A DNA stretch of 64,000 nucleotides from an uncultured Methanosarcinaceae archaeon (GTDB taxonomy: Archaea > Halobacteriota > Methanosarcinia > Methanosarcinales > Methanosarcinaceae). Positions 56,670-64,000 of this stretch are shown in pieces. The stretch spans positions 256,001-320,000 of the forward strand of contig CAWHXP010000003.1 of assembly GCA_963833425.1 (NCBI GenBank), in the 5' to 3' direction. The translations under genes were made by a program, and so were the position numbers. Below the pieces are notes generated by a model. The model did not search any database and had not been told where the DNA came from. It worked only from the letters and a program-made list of their open reading frames with translations. Positions within the stretch are counted from its first letter, which is position 1; every line of letters starts with the position of its first letter.

Positions 56670-57775
56670 TTTTTCATTACTAAGATACTATTTTCTGTTA
56701 TCGGTAGTCATCTATATAAATGAATACTGAGACTTATAATCCCAATACTCTTTCCCGGTCAGGGAATGTCTCGTTTACTTTTAATTTTCTTTTAAATTTC
56801 TTGTTAATCTTTTCCATCATATTTATTGTTCTTGTTTTTATACAAGTTATTTTATGAAAGTTGTATAAGTTCATTATATTGTACTGAAAGCTTCCGAGCA
56901 TAAGAGCTGCGCTTTTAGACTAATGTTGCCCAGGTTTCTGATCAGATGTAAAGCTCCTGAAAATATATCAATGCTTCTTTTATCTTCTAAATTATTTTCT
57001 TACTTTTTTTGTCACCTCCTTGAGAACTTGTCCTATTTAGTCGTAGTGACATAAATGCCATTTTGATTCGTGAAAGGACTCTCCAAAAGCTTTCTGCACC
57101 CTCTTTTCACCATCCAAAACAAATATCTATAAAATTATATATATTTCACCCAGATAATCATAAAGATCTTTTAAGAACAAAAGTCTTCACTGTTTTCTAA
57201 TCTTGCTCCAAAATTTCACGGTAACCATAATCCTTTATTCTAGCAACTACAAAGAGAGCCTGTTTTCATAGAGAAGCCCATATTTTCCCTTAAATAATGA
57301 GCACTAATAAAGAGGTAAGTGATTTTTAATTCTATTTTTTAAGACTGATTTTTCAAACTTTTCATCAGTTTTTTAGTAATCCTGAACTCAGAGGAATTTG
57401 AGGTTTCACTTACTTCTAAAGCAGTTATAATCTTTTACATTCCTCAAGGGGAGATATCTTGCAGATGAAATTCAGCAACAAAAGAAAGAATGGTTTATTC
57501 TTCTCTGGAATACTTCTCAAGAATATACGTTTCAAAAGGTGACTTACTTAATTAAGGTTTTGATAATCAGATTCCTATTAATTTAGTTTAGTGAATGCGG
57601 ATTTTGTAGCCTTTTATACCATTTTTCTCTAGAATGCATCCCTTCATAACATTTCAAACAAGATTTAAGAAGAGTTTCTGATTCCATTAAAATTTTTAAG
57701 AACCAAGTAATTAGGTATCTAATTCCATCTTACTAATCGACAAAATCATTTTTTATGAATGAAAAGCTATCATCT
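56670..57775 (-). mobile_element. IS256-family (mutator) transposase relic, near full length
   Basis: Fragments YLITWFL..LME, PFETYILEKYSR, YENRLSL, DYGYREILE, VLDGEKRVQKA, RTINMMEKINKKFKRK..FPD are collinear with IS256 transposases. Many stops. Confidence 0.8.
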
Positions 57776-57899
57776 ATTGACTCTGCACTTTTTTGTGATA
57801 TAAGGAGTCGGATACAGAGTCAATCATATTTTACATAATTTTCGGTATACTAGTATTATTAACTTTTTGAATATGCTAAGGCAAGTTATTGAAATTATA

Positions 57900-58595
57900 A
57901 TGAATTTAGATAAACTCCTATACATTTGATTATTGGAGAGTTTAAATTTCTTAAAAATAATTTTTACTTATGAAAACATTTACAGATTTTGCTCTTAAAA
58001 AAGGATACAAACGTCTTCAGTCAGTTAGAGACAAAATTGCTGAAATTGATTCCTTAATTAATTGAAAATTTGTTCATATCATTTTTAAGTTAATATTTTT
58101 AACAAAATATTTTCATTAGGCAGACCTGAAGCTGACTTAATTTTTATGTTAAAAATGTTTGTTTTATAGAAATTGTAAGATCTTTCTGACTTTGAACTTG
58201 AGAAACAATATGTTGATCGAATTTCTTTCAGAAAATTTATTGGTTTTCCTGAGCAAATACCAGAAAGTACCGCAGTTTAGTCATTAAGAAAAAAATATTG
58301 GTAATTGTAAGAAGATCAAATGTGGGACAGTTACAAAGCCAACTCGTTTCCTTGGTTTGAAAATGAAAAAGGAACGATTCGGAGAGCCACTTTTATCCAT
58401 TCAGATTATGGGCATGAAAAAGAGGATAAAACCTCTAGAAAATTGAGCAAAAACAAAGAGTGTATAGATGGAGCGTGGCCAAAAAATAAATGGTAAGCCA
58501 CACTTTGGATCTAGATTTAATAATACAATAGACATGGATTACGAGCTAATCAGAAAATTCAAAATAGAAAAATTTCTTGAAACTACTGTTCAAAG
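57900..58595 (+). mobile_element. IS5-family element relic, same family as 29935-30560
   Basis: End TGAATTTAGATAAACTCC at 57901. ATG 57970 MKTFTDFALKKGYKRLQSV..DRISFRKFIGFPE..ATFIHSD..GKPHFG..IDMDYELIRKF, with stops. Confidence 0.88.
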
Positions 58596-58867
58596 AGTGA
58601 ATCTAAAGATATTGTGTGCAGTTTTTTGTACTAATCACTATATTTTGATTAATTTGTTTACCTTTTTGTCCACAATTATTTATTGATGTTGGATTAGTAT
58701 TATAAGGTATGCAATATTGAGAAAATAGATATCATTCTTGTGTATCTACAGAAATTGGTTTTTATTTGTTGCAGTCACAAAGTGCGAAAAATATTGATGA
58801 GTCTTTGCAATCCCAGAAGATATCATATAAATATTTAGAAGTGTTAGAAAAAGGATCTAAATTTTCC

Positions 58868-60178
58868 TTAACCTATTACACTTAAATCTGAAACACGGAT
58901 TGAAGGTATAATCATGCCTCCGACTCTTCTTACATCAAAACCTGCACCTGTGATCTGTTTTAAAAGCTCAAAAGCATTTCCAGAAATCATAAGCGACCTT
59001 ATAGGTTCATCAAGAGCTCCATCTCTAATTGTGAAAGCATTTCTCGCTTCCACAGAAAAGTCCCCGGAAATTGAATTTGCAGTGTGAGAACCTATAATAG
59101 TATTCACGAAAACTCCATACTCTGTGTCAGCGATAACATCCTTTTGAGGGTAATCGATTATAAAATTTCTGAGCCCCACTGAAGGAGGACTTGAATAAGA
59201 AGCCCTCAAACCATTTCCTGTGCTTTTTATGCCTACTTTTCCTGCTGTATGGTTATCATGAAGATAAGTCACAAGTACTCCTTTCTCGATCACGGTCGTA
59301 CGCTGTGATGGAACTCCTTCATCATCTGAAGCCGAAGTCTCAATTCCAGAATCGATCAGCCCATCGTCATAAATACAGAGTTCGGAAACTGCCAACTCTT
59401 TCCCAAGCTTAGATATCAGACCCGACCTCCCCTTCTGGACATTGTCTGCATCAAGGGAAGGAGCGATGACATCTTCAATGATATCTGAAAAAGCAAAGGG
59501 ATGGAAGATCACATCGATTTTTTGCGGTTCGATTTTTATTCCCCCATTGGACTTAAGAGCAAGATCAGACGCATTTTCGCCGAGTGCAAAAAAATCAATA
59601 TCCAGAGAACGAGAAATCGCAAAATCGTAGGCTGTTGAAGTCTGCCCATTTACCGTAATAACATCCACAAAACCGGAAACAATTGTGGATTCTTCTTCAA
59701 TATCAATCCCATTTGTGTTCAGGATAAGCTGTCTGCATTTTGCTCGGGTAAAGCCTCCGGAGGTTGGAAGCGTGCCAGGATGCTCTTTTGTGCCTTCAAC
59801 AAGAGCCATCGCATAGTCGATACACTCTTCGAGCTCAAGAGTTTCGACTCTTTTATCGAAGACCCCTGAAACCTGTTGGTATTTCCCATCAGATGGAAGT
59901 CCCATCCAATCAGAATCCTTTCTCACAACTCTGGCTTCTGCGACTGCAACTTCTATAGCGTTCTCGAGTTCTCGTGCAGAATTCGTACTGGCAAAACCCA
60001 CTGCTCCATTTACTATAGCTCGGATTCCAATACCTTCTGAGAAACGATCTTTTGCATTCTCGAGGGAGTCCTTCCGGAAATTCACACTTGTTGAGTGATT
60101 AGAAGCATAATAAATTTCAGCTTCTTCTGCCCCTATTCTCTCTGCCAACTGGAGAGCTTTTCTTGCAAGTTCGTACAT
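58868..60178 (-). CDS. pmbA: TldD/PmbA family protein (PmbA/TldE-like)
   Basis: GIGIRAI, DDEGVP, STGNG, HTANSISGDFS; no HExxxH motif. Confidence 0.9.
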   Translation of the reverse strand: MYELARKALQLAERIGAEEAEIYYASNHSTSVNFRKDSLENAKDRFSEGIGIRAIVNGAVGFASTNSARELENAIEVAVAEARVVRKDSDWMGLPSDGKYQQVSGVFDKRVETLELEECIDYAMALVEGTKEHPGTLPTSGGFTRAKCRQLILNTNGIDIEEESTIVSGFVDVITVNGQTSTAYDFAISRSLDIDFFALGENASDLALKSNGGIKIEPQKIDVIFHPFAFSDIIEDVIAPSLDADNVQKGRSGLISKLGKELAVSELCIYDDGLIDSGIETSASDDEGVPSQRTTVIEKGVLVTYLHDNHTAGKVGIKSTGNGLRASYSSPPSVGLRNFIIDYPQKDVIADTEYGVFVNTIIGSHTANSISGDFSVEARNAFTIRDGALDEPIRSLMISGNAFELLKQITGAGFDVRRVGGMIIPSIRVSDLSVIG

Positions 60179-60181
60179 TCT

Positions 60182-61522
60182 TCATGAACCTCCTACAAGA
60201 GCTTTTGAGATGGCAATATGGGGGGAACCATCTGATACTGGCACAATCTGTCCTGCTTTTCCGCATCTTCCTGCAGTTATTTTCATGTCATTGCCCACAA
60301 GGGTTACATGGTTAAGAATCTCAAGAATCTTGCCAGACAAGGATACATCACGTACAAGTTTTGTAAGTTCTCCGTTACTTATTAGATATCCTTTTTCTGC
60401 ATTGAACTGGAAAATTCCTTCCCCTGTATTCACCTGGCCACCTCTGGACCCGATGAGATACATTCCGTCTCGAAGCTCTTCAAGCATCTCTTCAAACCTG
60501 GCATCCCCGTTATCTATGAATGTATTACTCATTCTAACAACTGGCATGGAATATCCCTGAGCTCTGAAGTTCCCTGGAGTTCCTCCAAGTTTGGCAGCTG
60601 TTTCCCGTGAATGTAGATAGGAATTTAAAACTCCATCTCTGATTATCTCTGTTTTTTTTGATTGTACTCCTTCTGCATCGAAAGGGTAGTATCCAAACTC
60701 ATGAAGAGTGGGGTCGTCGATAATAGTAATAATAGGAGCTGCGATTTGTTCCCCCAGCCTGTTTCCAAGGATTGAATCCCCCTCAAGGACAAGATCGGCT
60801 TCTGATGCGTGTCCGACAGCTTCATGCACAAACACTCCGGCAAGTTCCTGATCAAGCAGTACAGGCATTTCCCCACCTTTAGGGGTTTTGGCTTTAAGAA
60901 GTTCGACTGCAGTATTCCCTGCCATGCTTGCAAGTTCCATAACGTTTTCTTTTTCAAAAAGCTCATAGCCGTACCCAAAGCGACTTTCTCTGCCTGCTTG
61001 ATATGCACCATTCTCTGAAGCCACTGCAGAAACTGCAAAGCCGACATTCAGAAGTTCATATTCACATTCCAGACCTTCTGAATTTTCGTATTCGATTCTG
61101 AATTCGGCTTCCATATATGTTACTTTTGTGCTGTGAACTCCTTTGACCCTTGCATTGGTCTCAATGCTCATTAAAAGGTCTACTTTCTCCTCGATGGTAA
61201 CATCCCTTGGATCGACCCTTATTTCAGGAAAATTTTTAATCTCTGGGGGATTCACAGATACAAGTTCAACGCTGTCTTTTGGGGTGTTCGCATTCATAGA
61301 AAAAGCAAGTTTTGAAGCAGCTTCGATGCCACGCTTGAGGTCTATTTCCCCTTCTACAGCTGTAAAACCCCACGAACCTCCACATAGAGCCCTTACCCCA
61401 GCTCCTCGTGTAAAGTTTTTGGAAATTTCCTCTATCCTTCCATTATCCAGGATAATAGAGATGAAACTACCTTCTACTATCCTGCAGTCATAAAATTTAA
61501 TTCCCTGCATAACGTTTTTCAT
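60182..61522 (-). CDS. tldD: TldD metalloprotease
   Basis: HEAVGHASEAD, DDPT, FDAEGV, RMSNT, CGKAGQ.VPVSDGSP. Start is one of 61537, 61522 or 61510. Confidence 0.93.
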   Translation of the reverse strand: MKNVMQGIKFYDCRIVEGSFISIILDNGRIEEISKNFTRGAGVRALCGGSWGFTAVEGEIDLKRGIEAASKLAFSMNANTPKDSVELVSVNPPEIKNFPEIRVDPRDVTIEEKVDLLMSIETNARVKGVHSTKVTYMEAEFRIEYENSEGLECEYELLNVGFAVSAVASENGAYQAGRESRFGYGYELFEKENVMELASMAGNTAVELLKAKTPKGGEMPVLLDQELAGVFVHEAVGHASEADLVLEGDSILGNRLGEQIAAPIITIIDDPTLHEFGYYPFDAEGVQSKKTEIIRDGVLNSYLHSRETAAKLGGTPGNFRAQGYSMPVVRMSNTFIDNGDARFEEMLEELRDGMYLIGSRGGQVNTGEGIFQFNAEKGYLISNGELTKLVRDVSLSGKILEILNHVTLVGNDMKITAGRCGKAGQIVPVSDGSPHIAISKALVGGS

Positions 61523-61524
61523 AA

Positions 61525-63579
61525 TCAGTTCCTGCACCCAAATAGACTCTTAGCCTGAACGGAAGCGGGTGAGACTTCCGGGATGTCGAAACTTAGTTTG
61601 GTAATATTCTTGAGTTTTTCTATAATTGTATTCTTTCTAGGGCCCACAAGGCTGTGTTCCATTACTTCCGCAATAGAAGACACAGGAATAATCTGAATCT
61701 TGTCTCTGTATGCCTTTTCGATAAGGACATCCGCTTCATTCGCCTTTGGTATAATAACCTTCTTCATACCTGCTTGAGCTGCAGCTTCGATCTTATAGGT
61801 AACCCCACCTACAGGCAGGACGTCTCCTCTGACTGAAAGGGATCCTGTCATTGCCACTGTCTGGTCCACTGGGATTTTTTCAATGGCAGATATGACGGCT
61901 GTAGCAATTGAAACTGATGCACTGTCTCCTTCCACGCCTTCATATGTTCCTACGAACTGGATGTGGACATCATGTCTGGAGATATCTGCACCTGTCATAT
62001 TTTTAATCACCGCAGAGACATTCTGCACCGCTTCCTTTGCAATGGTCTTGAGCTTTCCTGTTGCTATAATGCGTCCCTCAGATCCAGAAATTGCAGGAGT
62101 AACTTCGGATACGATAGGTAGCACAATTCCTGAGTCTCCTCCCATAACTGCAAGTCCATTGACCCTGCCAACAGCAGAACCTTTTCTCAGGAAGGATTCA
62201 TATTCCTTTCGCTGTTCGAGGTAGCTATCTGCAAGCTGTTGTTCAATTGACCTGGCAATCCTTTTTGCCGAAAGTACATGTTCTGAGGTTGTGATTGGGG
62301 CGCTTTCTGAATGGGCAATATCACCTGCTACACGCACAAGTCCTCCAAGATCGCGGAGCTTTAAAGTAAGATGACCTTTTCTACCTGCCCTCCTTCTGGC
62401 TTCCCTAATTACTTCTTCTACTGCACCTTCGTCAAAATGAGGAATATGCCCGTCCCGAACAACTTCCTGAGCAACGAAACGGACCATTTTCTTCCTATTT
62501 TCAGAAGTATCTTCCATGGAGTCACGCATGTAGACTTCATATCCATAGCCTTTTATTCTTGACCTGAGCGCAGGGTGCATCTTATGAACTGCGTCCAAGT
62601 TCCCTGCAGAAACCATGATAAAATCACAGGGTACAGGCTCGGTTTTAACAAGAGCTCCAGAACTCCTCTCGGATTGCCCGGTAATCGGATATTCCTTCTC
62701 CTGAAGTGCCGTCAGTAGACTTTGCTGGGACTCTAGCCTGAGAGTATTAATCTCGTCAATGAAGAGTACTCCTTTATGGGCCTTATGAATATCTCCGGCT
62801 TCTACTCTGTCGTGAGCAGGAGTCTCAAGTCCTCCAGACTGAAATGGATCATGCCTCACATCACCAAGCAATGCTCCTGCATGTGCTCCAGTTCCATCAA
62901 TATAGGGTGCGTGCTCTTTATCATAATTAGAAACCGCCAATTTCGGGATCATCATTTCCTCTTTAGGAAGGAACTGACGGGTTAACATGAGGATCATTAT
63001 GCCTGCAATTATGCCCCATAGCAATTGAGCAACAAAGTAAGAATAAACTATAATGCCAACTACAAAGAGCATCATAAGCATGTTTCTGGCCTGGGCTTTC
63101 TTTCTAGCTTCCATCTTATGAGCCATAACAATTTCTCTGCCTTTCCCGGCAGGAACCTCTCTGATTTTAGGATTGTTCAGATCTTCCATGTTAGGATATA
63201 CAAGGATATCCTTGAGTTCTTCTTTAGGGAGGAGCTCTGCCATAGCTTTTGCAAGTAGGGATTTCCCTGTACCCGGAGTTCCTATCATCATGATGTGTCG
63301 TCTTTGGCTAGCTGCTTTTTTTACTACTTCTACTGCATGCTCCTGTCCTAACACCTGGTCGATAAGAAGTTTGGGAACATCTATATTAGAAGTGTTTTCA
63401 AATAAAAAGCCGATCTCGACATCTTCATCCATATCATAATTGAGATCAGGCTTAGATTTAATCTGATTAGATTCAGATTCTCCTGTAACTTTATTGGATT
63501 CATTCCTGTCCGTAACATTATTGAACTCATATGTGGTTATACACCTGCCGGACATTTTTTCATTAATATTATACACCAT
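61525..63579 (-). CDS. lonB: Archaeal membrane-anchored ATP-dependent protease LonB
   Basis: GTPGTGKS, two-TM insertion, LFIDEI, VEGDSAS Ser and GGVTYK Lys dyad. No intein; start uncertain. Confidence 0.96.
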   Translation of the reverse strand: MVYNINEKMSGRCITTYEFNNVTDRNESNKVTGESESNQIKSKPDLNYDMDEDVEIGFLFENTSNIDVPKLLIDQVLGQEHAVEVVKKAASQRRHIMMIGTPGTGKSLLAKAMAELLPKEELKDILVYPNMEDLNNPKIREVPAGKGREIVMAHKMEARKKAQARNMLMMLFVVGIIVYSYFVAQLLWGIIAGIMILMLTRQFLPKEEMMIPKLAVSNYDKEHAPYIDGTGAHAGALLGDVRHDPFQSGGLETPAHDRVEAGDIHKAHKGVLFIDEINTLRLESQQSLLTALQEKEYPITGQSERSSGALVKTEPVPCDFIMVSAGNLDAVHKMHPALRSRIKGYGYEVYMRDSMEDTSENRKKMVRFVAQEVVRDGHIPHFDEGAVEEVIREARRRAGRKGHLTLKLRDLGGLVRVAGDIAHSESAPITTSEHVLSAKRIARSIEQQLADSYLEQRKEYESFLRKGSAVGRVNGLAVMGGDSGIVLPIVSEVTPAISGSEGRIIATGKLKTIAKEAVQNVSAVIKNMTGADISRHDVHIQFVGTYEGVEGDSASVSIATAVISAIEKIPVDQTVAMTGSLSVRGDVLPVGGVTYKIEAAAQAGMKKVIIPKANEADVLIEKAYRDKIQIIPVSSIAEVMEHSLVGPRKNTIIEKLKNITKLSFDIPEVSPASVQAKSLFGCRN

Positions 63580-63789
63580 GGTTAGCTCACATATTCTAAC
63601 GTTATTATAGACGTTATCTGATCAATATTGACATTGGAAGCTTTCTAAAAAATAAAAAACTTAGTTATAAAATGATTGGCAAAAAGCGCATGCCATAATT
63701 AATACATTCCTGAAGTTACTGTAACCCCATATATACTTCGGTTAATTATATAAACTTGCGGTATATAAAACTAACCTGACAAATTATAT

Positions 63790-63880
63790 AGAATATTTCT
63801 ATAAACTCCCAAATTTTGTCATGTGGTTATGCATATATTATAAATGATTCGTGAAAATTAGAAGTTTATCAAAATCCTCT
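63790..63880. mobile_element. ~90-bp IS5-derived MITE
   Basis: AGAATATTTCTATAAACTCCCAAATTTTGTCATGTG...TTCGTGAAAATTAGAAGTTTATCAAAATCCTCT; same orientation and interior as 52866-52955. Confidence 0.8.
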
Positions 63881-64000
63881 ATAAATTATATAGAATCCTT
63901 TTACTATATACTATTTGCTAGTTCAATAGTCTCAAACCTCGTAATTCTATACCATTAATGCGAATCACGTTTGAAGATGAAGTAAACCCTTCAATCCTTT

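Noticed and set aside
61525..63579. Intein in LonB
   Set aside because: The length is normal and there are no splicing or LAGLIDADG motifs; the extra length is a low-complexity N-terminus.

Overview
Chromosomal window of a methanogenic archaeon, almost certainly Methanosarcina-like. Support: DUF1699, cofE, npdG/fno, tandem ADP-dependent kinases, Lsm-rpl37e-purF, LonB, and the purN-glyA-folD-folP-metV-metF tetrahydrofolate cluster. About 33 intact genes cover only ~33.5 kb (~52%). The rest is AT-rich DNA full of relics that I could read by hand: wrbA, cooS-cooF (CO dehydrogenase), malic enzyme, DUF2284, TPR and surface-protein fragments, and dead IS5, IS6, IS256 and IS701 transposases. One IS5-family element (20584-21586) is intact with an 8-bp target duplication. 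Two non-autonomous MITE types are visible: a dispersed ~90-bp family with IS5-type ends, and a 150-bp element with IS6 ends. The most notable protein-level observations are a FolP with a C-terminal (permuted) dihydropteroate-reductase-like domain and a ThiDN whose ThiN catalytic Arg/His appear substituted. I found no CRISPR array, tRNA, rRNA or clear novel multi-gene system. The strongest signals are genome erosion, the MITEs and the folate module. Family assignments come from motif recognition, not database searches.
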